From IMG/VR virus record IMGVR_UViG_3300033513_000016, positions 1 to 44,912 of that record: a stretch of DNA of 44,912 nt. One strand, given 5' to 3'. Of the stretch, positions 1-8,488 are shown piece after piece; the stretch's first letter is position 1, and each line of letters begins with the position of its first letter. This stretch comes from a virus (taxonomy: Duplodnaviria > Caudoviricetes). A program made the translations under genes and the position numbers. The notes under the pieces are model-generated. The model was not told the origin of the DNA. It searched no databases and saw only the letters and a list, made by a program, of their open reading frames with translations.

Positions 1-32
1 ATATAATATAATCAGACCTATAAGGAGCTTTG

Positions 33-1361
33 ATGAATAATAATAATAATAACGATAAACAAAAGCTATTGCTTGAGTATTTGATATCGTCCGCAGATAC
101 ATTCGCACTATGTAAGTCCATTATCCAGTCCGACTACTTCGACCCTGAATTCAGGAAAACAGTCGACTTTCTGAATACTTACTACGATAAGTACAGTGCA
201 ACCCCAAATCCCGATCAAATTCACGCTGAAACTGGGGTGAAGCTAAAACTTCGTCAAGTTACGCACGACGAGATCAAGTATTGCTCAGAAGAAGTTGAAG
301 GCTTTTGTAAGCAAGGTGCGCTAGAATTTGCTGTTAGAGAAGGCATGAAACACCTCAAGAATGGTGATGGTGGTAAGATAGAATCGCTTATTCGTGAGGC
401 TATGTCTGTATCTTTGACGCAGAATTTAGGTCTTAGCTACTTCTCGAATCCAGCAAAGCGTCTTAAAGATCGTGCTGCTAAACCACTTCGCACTCCAACT
501 GGATGGAAACAGGTTGATGAGATGTTGAGCGGTGGTTTGGCTAGAACAGAAATGATTTTGTTTTCAGCTAACTCTGGTGGCGGTAAGTCAATTGCTCTTG
601 CCAACTTAGCACACAACTTCCTGAAACAAGGCCTGAATGTCTTGTACATTTCGCTTGAATTGTCGGAAGAGATGATTGCCGAACGATTCGACAGTATCAT
701 TACAGGAACACCTGCAATTGTTTGTACGCAGCAAACGCACAACGATGAAATTGCTATGTCTCTTGATAAGATGTCTGCCAAGATGGGTAACTTGCAGATT
801 GTTCGTTTGCCATCAGCTACTAATGCCAACGGTATTCGTGCTTACCTTAAAGAACTCGAACTAAAACAGGGTTATCTTCCAGACTTGCTCGTTGTTGACT
901 ATTTGGACAAAATGGGCACAAATGAAAAGGTTTCTGCAGATAACATCTCCGAAAAAGACAAATTGGCATCTGAACAATTGAACGATATTGGTTTTGACTA
1001 CAATATGTTCATCGCAACAGCATCACAACAAAACCGTTCTGCATTGGATGCACAAGAGCTTCACCAAGGTCATATTGCTGGTGGTTTGTCCAAATTCAAC
1101 GCAGTTGACTGGGCAATATCCATTATTCTTACCCCAACAATGCGGGCGGCTGGTGAAATTGGTTTCAACTTCCTCAAAACCCGCAGTAGTGATGGTGTTG
1201 GCAAAACTGTGTTCTTGCAATGGGAAGGCAAGATTCTCCGAATCACAAACCCCAAAGAGGAGAATAATAGCAGAGACAACATCATAATAAATAAACTTGA
1301 TTCACTTAAAGGAGCGGGTGGTTCAAAACGACCATCACTTCTTGACGTAATGGAACTATAA
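33..1361 (+). CDS. DnaB/T4 gp41-like replicative DNA helicase
   Basis: Walker A ANSGGGKS, YISLE, Walker B LLVVDY, ATASQ, KTR. AAGGAG RBS at 22-27 favours ATG 33. Confidence 0.92.
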   Translation: MNNNNNNDKQKLLLEYLISSADTFALCKSIIQSDYFDPEFRKTVDFLNTYYDKYSATPNPDQIHAETGVKLKLRQVTHDEIKYCSEEVEGFCKQGALEFAVREGMKHLKNGDGGKIESLIREAMSVSLTQNLGLSYFSNPAKRLKDRAAKPLRTPTGWKQVDEMLSGGLARTEMILFSANSGGGKSIALANLAHNFLKQGLNVLYISLELSEEMIAERFDSIITGTPAIVCTQQTHNDEIAMSLDKMSAKMGNLQIVRLPSATNANGIRAYLKELELKQGYLPDLLVVDYLDKMGTNEKVSADNISEKDKLASEQLNDIGFDYNMFIATASQQNRSALDAQELHQGHIAGGLSKFNAVDWAISIILTPTMRAAGEIGFNFLKTRSSDGVGKTVFLQWEGKILRITNPKEENNSRDNIIINKLDSLKGAGGSKRPSLLDVMEL

Positions 1362-1376
1362 CATAAGGAGATAACC

Positions 1377-1667
1377 ATGGCAAAAGTAACACAAACCCTT
1401 TCCGTCACAGTCGATGACGTAACCTACAACGTTGCTGATATGAGCGACCAAGTCAAGCAAATGATCGAACTCATGGACGAATGGCGCCAGCAAGAAGTTG
1501 ACATTTCTGGTCAACTGGTAATGGTGCGTTCTGCTATTCGCGATATTCAAAACTCGCTACTGCTGCAGATTCGCCAAGAGCAAGCACAGGTCGCGCAGGC
1601 CGCTGCTGGTGAAACTGCTAGCCCAGTCAATCCTGAAGCCCCAGCTGCTCCAGTTGCAGGTGCTTAA
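1377..1667 (+). CDS. Small coiled-coil hypothetical protein (resembles DUF6447-like proteins)
   Basis: AAGGAG RBS. VTVDDVTYNVADMS beta-hairpin followed by a long amphipathic helix. Confidence 0.7.
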   Translation: MAKVTQTLSVTVDDVTYNVADMSDQVKQMIELMDEWRQQEVDISGQLVMVRSAIRDIQNSLLLQIRQEQAQVAQAAAGETASPVNPEAPAAPVAGA

Positions 1668-1668
1668 C

Positions 1669-1971
1669 ATGAAACTTACCGAAGCACATCTGGCTACTAT
1701 TGAATACACTAGCGAAAGTACGAATGAGGTAACTCACCGTACAATCGTTCCTGTTTCGGTACCTAGCAGTACAGTACGTGCTATCGACGTAAGTGAGCTA
1801 TCGGAACAAGACCAGCAAGAATTAGCTGGTCTTGTTGCTGAGTACAAAGAATATGTCGATCAGCACTTCAACAAGATGTTCAAGTTCGAAGATTGGGCTG
1901 AACACTCAAAGCAAATCTACATTTCTCCTAAGTGGAGATCTTTCAAAGTTTCAGGAATCAAGGGCGTCTAA
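1669..1971 (+). CDS. Hypothetical protein, stand-alone WYL-like domain
   Basis: ATG 1669 directly follows the upstream stop. IEY..EVTHRTIVP and WRSFKVSGI resemble WYL-domain termini. Confidence 0.6.
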   Translation: MKLTEAHLATIEYTSESTNEVTHRTIVPVSVPSSTVRAIDVSELSEQDQQELAGLVAEYKEYVDQHFNKMFKFEDWAEHSKQIYISPKWRSFKVSGIKGV

Positions 1972-1990
1972 AAGACGTCCTTCTTTTTTC
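1962..1990 (+). terminator. Intrinsic terminator
   Basis: GGGCGTCT-AAA-AGACGTCC stem followed by TTCTTTTTTC. Confidence 0.7.
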
Positions 1991-1997
1991 TGTATCC

Positions 1998-2004
1998 ATA
2001 AATA
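1998..2004 (+). promoter_or_regulatory. Putative gp55-type late promoter (ATAAATA)
   Basis: Matches T4 late consensus TATAAATA core, just after a terminator and upstream of 2038. Confidence 0.6.
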
Positions 2005-2037
2005 GTAAGATACCGTTACACTATTGAGGATAATTCC

Positions 2038-3159
2038 ATGAGTTTAATCAAAAAAGTCAATGAAGATGCAGCAGGTGGTGCCGTAGGTGGAGGTGCTGTC
2101 GCAGCATTTGCAATGCCTCTATTCACGTCTATTGTCCAACGCGAAAAGCCTTCAACCAAGCCAAAAATGATCGAGTACAGCAAGAAAAAGAAGAAAAAGA
2201 CTATTGGTCTTGGCGAAGCCTACCGTACTCTAGTGGAAGCTGATCCTAATGCTGCAGAATCGCATGCTGGAGATCAAGCGTCTTCAACCCCTCACTTTGA
2301 CACTTCATCTGTCATCTCCAAGCTCAAGTCTTTGGAAACAAAAGAAAAGACAGATACACGTGATACTACCGTATTTGGTTTGGAAGACGACAAAGGCGGA
2401 ATTGTGCGCGTAACCGTTAAGAATGAACAAGCCCCAGAATTCGAAAAAGCATTGCAAGCATTCATGTCTGATACAGACGAAGATGAAGGTTTGCCTGAGA
2501 TTGCTGAAGTTCTCTTCAAGCTAAAGGACCATTTTGACATCGTCAACGTAGATTGGCCTGAAGTCGAAGAAGACGAAGAACAAGAACAAGGTGTAGCTGC
2601 TGGTGCTGAGGGTGATCTTGGTGCTGAAGGCGGCGACTTAGGTGCTGAGGGTGATCTTGGTGCCGAAGGTGATTTGGGTGGTGATCTTGGCGCCCCTGCT
2701 GAAGATACGAGCCAAGTTAAAGACCTGCTCACCCAAGTTATTGACATGATGAAGGCCGATGCGGATGCTCGTAAGGCCGATGCAAATGCTCGTGCGGCTG
2801 AAGCAAAAGCTAGAGAAGCAGACATTGCCACCAAACAGCTTACAGCAAAAGTAAAGCAAGAAGAACAGATGATGGACATGGAAGCATACAATAAGTCCAA
2901 GAAAGAATCTGAAAAGGAAGCTAAGCGCCTTGCATCTCTTGCACGTTGGAAGCACGAAATGGAAAATGGAAGTTCGGAGGGCGAAGACGAATTTGGTGGC
3001 GAAGCTCCTATGGATTTGGGTGCACCTGCTGGTGCCCCGGAAGAAGAGGAAGTCGCTCGTAAGCCAGTTAAGGTTGCTAAACCTCAACAAGCAATTACCA
3101 AAGGTGGAAGAGTGCATCCACACGACATCGCAAACTTCTTGCTGAAGAGGATTAAGTAA
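2038..3159 (+). CDS. Acidic low-complexity protein, possible head internal/scaffold protein
   Basis: GAGGA RBS, late promoter, Glu/Asp-rich, GDLGAEG repeats, coiled-coil segment. Confidence 0.6.
   Translation: MSLIKKVNEDAAGGAVGGGAVAAFAMPLFTSIVQREKPSTKPKMIEYSKKKKKKTIGLGEAYRTLVEADPNAAESHAGDQASSTPHFDTSSVISKLKSLETKEKTDTRDTTVFGLEDDKGGIVRVTVKNEQAPEFEKALQAFMSDTDEDEGLPEIAEVLFKLKDHFDIVNVDWPEVEEDEEQEQGVAAGAEGDLGAEGGDLGAEGDLGAEGDLGGDLGAPAEDTSQVKDLLTQVIDMMKADADARKADANARAAEAKAREADIATKQLTAKVKQEEQMMDMEAYNKSKKESEKEAKRLASLARWKHEMENGSSEGEDEFGGEAPMDLGAPAGAPEEEEVARKPVKVAKPQQAITKGGRVHPHDIANFLLKRIK
2602..2694 (+). repeat. In-frame ~18-nt tandem repeat encoding GAEGDL
   Basis: ggtgctgagggtgatctt occurs twice exactly, plus degenerate copies. 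Confidence 0.85.
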
Positions 3160-3476
3160 TGGCCTTCTTGACATTTAAAGAGTATTTGGATATACTTGCC
3201 GAAGACACAGATACTGACATTGCCAATTTGACGATGCAGAAACAACAGCTGATTATCCGTAAGGCTGCTGCCGACAGACAAGTCGACCAACAGATTAATA
3301 ACACCGATAAACAGCTGTTTCAAAAAGAAAAACAAAAGCAGCAAGACGATAAAAAGAAGGCTGGTGCAACTAAGCCAGAACAAGATCAACAGCAGGCAAG
3401 TACTACAACAACGACTCCTGGAAGTGCAGGATCACAAACGCCTGGTGCTGGTGCGTCTGCTGCTGGACGAAAATAA
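3159..3476 (+). CDS. Small protein, possible head internal protein
   Basis: Start overlaps upstream stop (TAATG). N-terminus LTFKEYLDILAE resembles T4-type capsid-targeting sequences. Confidence 0.6.
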   Translation: MAFLTFKEYLDILAEDTDTDIANLTMQKQQLIIRKAAADRQVDQQINNTDKQLFQKEKQKQQDDKKKAGATKPEQDQQQASTTTTTPGSAGSQTPGAGASAAGRK

Positions 3477-3479
3477 CGA

Positions 3480-4133
3480 ATGTTCACACACCTTAACAAT
3501 ATTCAGCCAGTTGAGTTAAAGACTATAGAAGGACCAAAAGGTCGTTTTTATATCACACCAACTGGCGAAAAGTATCCATCCATCACAACTATTCTTGGGA
3601 CAGGCGATAAGCCTTGGCTCAAAGATTGGCGTCAGAGCCTCGGTGAAGCTAAGGCCGACAAAGAAATGAAGAGAGCTGCTGACCGCGGTTCTGCTGTTCA
3701 CTTAATGATTGAGCGTTTTCTCAACAACGAAGAAAACCCAACAAGAGAACAAAAGATGGAGCATATAACCGAATTCAACTCGGTTCGTCTTCACCTTAAA
3801 AACGTCAACAATATCTTAACTCAAGAATCCGCACTGTGGAGTGATACACTCAAGGTTGCTGGACGTGTTGACTGCGTTGGTGAGTTCAGAAATAAGCTGT
3901 GCATCATTGACTTCAAGACTTCAACCAATAGCAAAGACGATTCAAAAATACAGGATTACTGGTTACAAGTTACTGCATATGCCATCATGTTCCAAGAACG
4001 ATATGGTGTGCAGATTGATAATGCTGCAATCATAATGAGTGTCGAGCGTGGTGTTCCATTAGTGTTCACGAAGCCCATAGAACCATTTATTGAGCCGCTC
4101 GTTCAACGCATAAATACATACCACTCAAAGTAA
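3480..4133 (+). CDS. PD-(D/E)XK exonuclease (Cas4/RecB-like phage exonuclease)
   Basis: YPSITTIL, RGSAVH, E..., AGRVD, IIDFKTS, LQVTAYA motifs. Confidence 0.88.
   Translation: MFTHLNNIQPVELKTIEGPKGRFYITPTGEKYPSITTILGTGDKPWLKDWRQSLGEAKADKEMKRAADRGSAVHLMIERFLNNEENPTREQKMEHITEFNSVRLHLKNVNNILTQESALWSDTLKVAGRVDCVGEFRNKLCIIDFKTSTNSKDDSKIQDYWLQVTAYAIMFQERYGVQIDNAAIIMSVERGVPLVFTKPIEPFIEPLVQRINTYHSK
4110..4116 (+). promoter_or_regulatory. Putative late promoter (ATAAATA) inside exonuclease 3' end
   Basis: Motif ~30 nt upstream of ATG 4145 with AAGGA RBS. Confidence 0.5.
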
Positions 4134-4144
4134 GGAAACGTGCA

Positions 4145-4720
4145 ATGGATGCAGAAACTCTACGAAGCGACAATTCACCTAACATCATAGGAAATGATGT
4201 TGAGGTACGCTTTGTCTCCGTTGGAAACAAGTCTGCAGAAGGCAAAGTAGACACGGGTGCTACTACCAGTTGTTTGCACGCCACAAATGTTAGTGTTAAC
4301 CAAGATCACAATACAGTAAGTTTTAACAGCCCTGTTCTTTCTGATAATGTGGTTACTATGGATTTGGCTGGCACACAAGATGTTGGTTCAGCCGATGGCG
4401 GCAACAACAAACGTGCACTAGTAAAGTTTGATATCGAAATCAATGGTGTACCTATTCAAGGTGCAACATTCAACCTAAACGATCGCAGCAACATGGATAC
4501 CATGGTGCTTATCGGTCAAAACGTGCTCAAAGCAGGCAATTTTCAGATAGACGTCAACAAGGATTCTGCACCAGAACGTGCTGAACCAATCCAATCTGAA
4601 TCCACGTTGGACAATCCTCGTGTGCGCGAAGCCCTGCAGATACTTGCGGAAAATGATGTATCTATGGCTGACATCATTAAGTACTATCGTACTGTCGCAG
4701 CTAGCAGCATAACCTTTTAA
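4145..4720 (+). CDS. Retropepsin-like protease (RimB / 'putative ATP-dependent zinc protease' family)
   Basis: GKVDTGATTSCLHA catalytic motif, then FNLNDRSNM..VLIG. Confidence 0.82.
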   Translation: MDAETLRSDNSPNIIGNDVEVRFVSVGNKSAEGKVDTGATTSCLHATNVSVNQDHNTVSFNSPVLSDNVVTMDLAGTQDVGSADGGNNKRALVKFDIEINGVPIQGATFNLNDRSNMDTMVLIGQNVLKAGNFQIDVNKDSAPERAEPIQSESTLDNPRVREALQILAENDVSMADIIKYYRTVAASSITF

Positions 4721-4739
4721 CTTACCCCTATAATATATC

Positions 4740-5378
4740 ATGAATACACCTACCGTGAAAAGTCCCTTCTACGTCGTCGAAGAATTTGTATCGCCACTAT
4801 TGTGCGAAGAATTGATCGACGTTTGCGATTTCACTGTTCCAGACAGAGATAAAGAAGACCATGATATAAAGACAGTACGAACCAGCGAACGTGCAGAAGC
4901 CTTTGTGTATGAGCGTTTGCTTATGCTTCTGCCTGAACTACAAGCGCATTATGCTTTGTTGTATAAGGGAACTGAACGCGTTCAATTTGAATGGTTTCCC
5001 CAAGGCAGTAAAGGCGATTTTCAGTGCGAAAATAGTAACTTCTTGCGCGGCAAATGGCTGCGCACTAAACAGCGTGATCTTACCGCTATCCTTTTCTTGT
5101 CCGAATACCAAGATAATGCCAACTTTGACCAAGAGTTTGAAGTTTATGGTGGACGTCTTGAATTTGTACAACACCAATTTTCATTCCAACCAAATAGAGG
5201 TACACTTGTAGTATTCCCAAGTGATCCTCATTTCATAAACATCACCTCAGAAGTTTTTGCCGGAGATCTGTTCCAAGCCAGAATCCAGATTGCCGCTCAA
5301 ACACCGTATCTTTATAACCCACAGGACTTTCCAGGTAACTATACTTCCTGGCTTGCTCCGTTTATGACAAGCAAATAG
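4740..5378 (+). CDS. 2OG-Fe(II) oxygenase / prolyl-4-hydroxylase-like fold, degenerate active site
   Basis: RDLTAILFLS, YGGRLEF, GTLVVFPS pattern. Canonical HxD...H not evident. Confidence 0.7.
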   Translation: MNTPTVKSPFYVVEEFVSPLLCEELIDVCDFTVPDRDKEDHDIKTVRTSERAEAFVYERLLMLLPELQAHYALLYKGTERVQFEWFPQGSKGDFQCENSNFLRGKWLRTKQRDLTAILFLSEYQDNANFDQEFEVYGGRLEFVQHQFSFQPNRGTLVVFPSDPHFINITSEVFAGDLFQARIQIAAQTPYLYNPQDFPGNYTSWLAPFMTSK

Positions 5379-5406
5379 CTGTACCACAATTAGTTAGCTG
5401 TACCAC
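5376..5406. repeat. Direct repeat TAGCTGTACCAC x2 (19-bp period)
   Basis: Exact 12-mers at 5376-5387 and 5395-5406. Confidence 0.8.
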
Positions 5407-5435
5407 TAACATAACATTTTTTAAAGGAGAATGTG

Positions 5436-6122
5436 ATGAAGCATACGCACCGTTTTACGATTATGGCTGCCAGCGTAGTTCTGTTCGCAGTAGTTTTGAT
5501 GTCGGGACTTGCTTTGGCTACAAATAATGTATCATTCGATAACCCATTGTGGCGCTTTAAGCAAGCCTCTGACGTAGTTGAAATTCAGCAGGTAAAAGTT
5601 GAGCCAGAACTGGCAAGTAACATGAAGCTAGTTTTCTCAGTTGGGAAGGAAGTAGGTGAACCTGAAACACTAGAAGCGATTCTATTGCAAGAGACTGATG
5701 GCGGACGTTCCAGTATGATTGGAAACAAAGAGTCTCCAGTCGGTAAACGCTCTTACGGTCTAATGCAAGTTCAGGTTATTGCCGCACGAGATGTTTTCGA
5801 ACGTCACCCAGATATATTTGTGCGTTACTTCCCAAAGCACAAGTACCGTTCAATATCCGATGAAGAAATTATCGCATTACTGCTGACGGATAAAGAGGCA
5901 AATGCCCGCATCGCTGCGTATAACTTCCGTGACGATCTGGAGCAAGCTAATGGTGATGTGAACAAAGCTCTCGTTGGGTATAATGCTGGTTTCAAGATCG
6001 CAAACCGTATTAAGCACCATGATCAGTTTGACTACGTAATTGGGGTTAGGTCCAAACTCAACAAAATAGTCAAGCCATTCAACCAGCAACATGGGCTGCA
6101 GTTGACTGAACGATTTTCTTAA
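5436..6122 (+). CDS. Lytic transglycosylase (SLT family) with N-terminal signal/anchor
   Basis: AILLQET catalytic Glu, SYGLMQV, GYNAG. Basic then hydrophobic N-terminus. AAGGAG RBS. Confidence 0.85.
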   Translation: MKHTHRFTIMAASVVLFAVVLMSGLALATNNVSFDNPLWRFKQASDVVEIQQVKVEPELASNMKLVFSVGKEVGEPETLEAILLQETDGGRSSMIGNKESPVGKRSYGLMQVQVIAARDVFERHPDIFVRYFPKHKYRSISDEEIIALLLTDKEANARIAAYNFRDDLEQANGDVNKALVGYNAGFKIANRIKHHDQFDYVIGVRSKLNKIVKPFNQQHGLQLTERFS

Positions 6123-6130
6123 CGTAGAAT
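6102..6130 (+). promoter_or_regulatory. Sigma70-like promoter
   Basis: TTGACT-17 bp-TAGAAT upstream of the dsbA-like gene. Confidence 0.7.
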
Positions 6131-6173
6131 TAGCAACACAATAACGCATAACTATAATAATAAGGAGAAAAAT

Positions 6174-6548
6174 ATGGCGTTTCCAAAGAAAGAAAAGAAA
6201 GATAAACAGCCAGCGAAGGGTGTCAACATTCTGAACAGCCCAGAAGAACGTAAAAGGTTCAAGCAGCAACTGGTAACAATTACGGCATATTTCCGTCAAA
6301 TTGATGACCAAAAAGAAGGTGTCAAGGAAACAATTGCTGATGCTGCAGCCGAATACGGTCTTGATGCAAAGACTGTTCGAAAACTGGCAACCACGATGTA
6401 CAAGCACAATTATGGCTCTCTGCAAGAGGAAAACCGTCATTTCGAGGAACTGTATGAGATCCTCGTTGAAGGAAAGTTTAGAGACGATCCTGGTGCAGGG
6501 CCGGACGAAGCTGAAATGGAACCCGAGCCAGACGTTGATGGTGAATAA
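6174..6548 (+). CDS. T4 DsbA-like double-stranded DNA-binding protein
   Basis: IDDQKEGVKETIADAAAEYGLDAKTVRKLATTMYKHNY..FEELYE pattern of phage DsbA. Confidence 0.75.
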   Translation: MAFPKKEKKDKQPAKGVNILNSPEERKRFKQQLVTITAYFRQIDDQKEGVKETIADAAAEYGLDAKTVRKLATTMYKHNYGSLQEENRHFEELYEILVEGKFRDDPGAGPDEAEMEPEPDVDGE

Positions 6549-6580
6549 AAAAAGAGCCGCTTTCGCGGCTCTTTCTCCTT
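6547..6580. terminator. Bidirectional intrinsic terminator
   Basis: AAAAAAGAGCCGC-TTTC-GCGGCTCTTT between convergent genes. Confidence 0.88.
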
Positions 6581-6598
6581 CCCATCCCTAGGAATATC

Positions 6599-8446
6599 TT
6601 AGTATGGATACCAAGTTGTTGCTGCAGAGTTAGCTGGTGTACCTGCTACAGAGTTGTAGTAGATTTCAATTGCTTCACCGGCTGCAAATGCAGTTTTCAT
6701 TGTTGTTGCTGTTGCAGGAGCTGTAGGAGTCCATGTAACAGTCGTAGCACTACCGAATACGATACGACGACGTTCACCGTCACCAGATGGAGCAGCCAAT
6801 GTTACGTTGATTGCTGCAGCTGGAGTTGCAATGTATGTCGAAGATATATTTGCTGCAATAGTTGCGGTAGCAGCTGCAGCAGTCGTATTAACAGCACGAC
6901 CTGTCGATGGTACAATCTTCCACACAGACGACTCAGAACCTGACAGAACCAACGATGTACCTGTGTAGTTTGCCACGTTAAACGTGTTAGTACCAGCAGT
7001 ATACACCATGTCTGTGGATGCGTCGAACACGGTTGTACCGGCAGCAGACTGGAATGGAACCTGACCTACCAAACCACCAGCGATGTTAGTTGCCGTTGTA
7101 GCAGTTGTTGCATTACCAGACAAAGCACCCGTAAATGTCGTAGTAGTCAACACGTTTGTTGATGGGTTGAACATCAAGCCTGTAGCAACAAACTCTGGCA
7201 AGTTGCCGGTAGTAGCACTAACAAACGTTGGATAGTATGTAGCGTTTGTTACGGTTGTAGTTATTGGCTGTGTTGCGGCGCTGCCTGTAACAGAACCAAC
7301 GATTGGAGCAGTAACTGTCAAACCAGTCAATGTACCCAATGATGTGATGTTTGGCTGAGCTGGGTCAATAACCACGTGTGCTTGTGCTGCCACACCCGCA
7401 TCAGCTGCTGCTGTTGCTGTTGCAGCGTTACCGGAGATGTTACCAGTCAAGTTACCGATGAAGTTACCGGCAAAGTTGGTTACAGACAATGTGTTTGTAC
7501 CAGCGTTGTAAATCAGGTCTGATACGTCAAAAGCTGTTGCACCAGCTGCTGTTTGGTAAGGAATCTGACCCACACCACCGCCAGCGATGTTCGATGCAAC
7601 TGTTGCGCTAGATGCTGTACCTGTCAACGAACCAACGAAACCTGCTGCGGACAACACGTTTGTGGATGGGTTGAAGGACAAACCAGAGCTAACGTCAAAT
7701 GGCAAGTTGCCAGTCGTTGCACTAACAAAAGTTGGGTAGTATGTTGCGTTGGTGTTTGTAGATGTAACAGCCATCTGAGTTGCAGTTGCCAGAGCACCGG
7801 AAGCAATTGCGTTCCATGTTGCGCCGTCGTTTGTGAATTCCCAGTGTGTGGCACTTTCATTCCAACGGATACCTACGTCAGTTGCAGTTGGACGCTTTGC
7901 AGTCAACGTTGCATATGCTTGGTCTGTAACAGAACCGTTGTTCAGTGCAAATGCAGAGCTTGGTGTACCTACTGTATCTGCTTTCAGCAACAGCATACCT
8001 TGCACATCGGATGTTGTTGGCAAGCTAGCAATAACCGTTGTGATGTTAGGTACGATGTCAGTAGTGCGCAAGAATGGACGAATGTCATTGATTGCGGATG
8101 CTGTAATCGCAGTAGTCGTAGGTGTTGTGTAGATAGCAGCCAAAGGCAATTCACCAGCTGGAACAACTGGGAAGTCTGGGTTTGCAGCGACCACACCATC
8201 AAACGAGTGGATTGTTCCAGTGTTGCTTAGAGTAACAATTGTCCACTTAGCGCCACCAACTGGTGCTTGGATAGTAGGCGAGCTGCCGCCTGGAAATGTT
8301 GTGAATACGTTAAGGCCGTTGAAGTACGAGCCAGCGCGAACTTGCACTGTCATACCTGGCGTATCTTGTGGTGATACTTTCAGTGGTGAGCTGTAAGCAT
8401 TAATTTTCTTATCGGCTTCACCATAAGGTGGTTGAATAACTGGCAT
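6599..8446 (-). CDS. Tail fibre / virion appendage protein
   Basis: Thr/Ala/Gly-rich, G(N/A)LxGNA.TA repeats, internal ~95-aa duplication, AAGGAG RBS, upstream ATAAATA. Confidence 0.72.
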   Translation of the reverse strand: MPVIQPPYGEADKKINAYSSPLKVSPQDTPGMTVQVRAGSYFNGLNVFTTFPGGSSPTIQAPVGGAKWTIVTLSNTGTIHSFDGVVAANPDFPVVPAGELPLAAIYTTPTTTAITASAINDIRPFLRTTDIVPNITTVIASLPTTSDVQGMLLLKADTVGTPSSAFALNNGSVTDQAYATLTAKRPTATDVGIRWNESATHWEFTNDGATWNAIASGALATATQMAVTSTNTNATYYPTFVSATTGNLPFDVSSGLSFNPSTNVLSAAGFVGSLTGTASSATVASNIAGGGVGQIPYQTAAGATAFDVSDLIYNAGTNTLSVTNFAGNFIGNLTGNISGNAATATAAADAGVAAQAHVVIDPAQPNITSLGTLTGLTVTAPIVGSVTGSAATQPITTTVTNATYYPTFVSATTGNLPEFVATGLMFNPSTNVLTTTTFTGALSGNATTATTATNIAGGLVGQVPFQSAAGTTVFDASTDMVYTAGTNTFNVANYTGTSLVLSGSESSVWKIVPSTGRAVNTTAAAATATIAANISSTYIATPAAAINVTLAAPSGDGERRRIVFGSATTVTWTPTAPATATTMKTAFAAGEAIEIYYNSVAGTPANSAATTWYPY

Positions 8447-8481
8447 ATTATGCTCCTTTGTAAATAAATTCCCTTGTGTAT

Positions 8482-8488
8482 TATTTAT
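8482..8488 (-). promoter_or_regulatory. Putative late promoter (ATAAATA)
   Basis: TATTTAT on + strand upstream of the fibre gene. Confidence 0.55.

Noticed and set aside
36-53. (AAT)n poly-Asn tract at the helicase start as a phase-variation site
   Set aside because: A triplet repeat preserves the frame and it is short, so it is probably just an AT-rich translation start.
2292-2900. 202-aa antisense ORF and the many other shadow ORFs (e.g. 7553..8230, 18867..19457)
   Set aside because: They lie opposite or inside well-supported genes, lack RBS or motifs, and are explained by codon bias.
3480-4133. Cas4-like nuclease as part of a CRISPR system
   Set aside because: No repeat-spacer array or other cas genes were seen, and there is no four-Cys Fe-S pattern. 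It fits the common phage PD-(D/E)XK exonuclease.
6965-7753. Fibre duplication as a DGR template/variable repeat pair
   Set aside because: Both copies are in-frame within one gene, the differences do not look adenine-specific, and there is no reverse transcriptase in the window.
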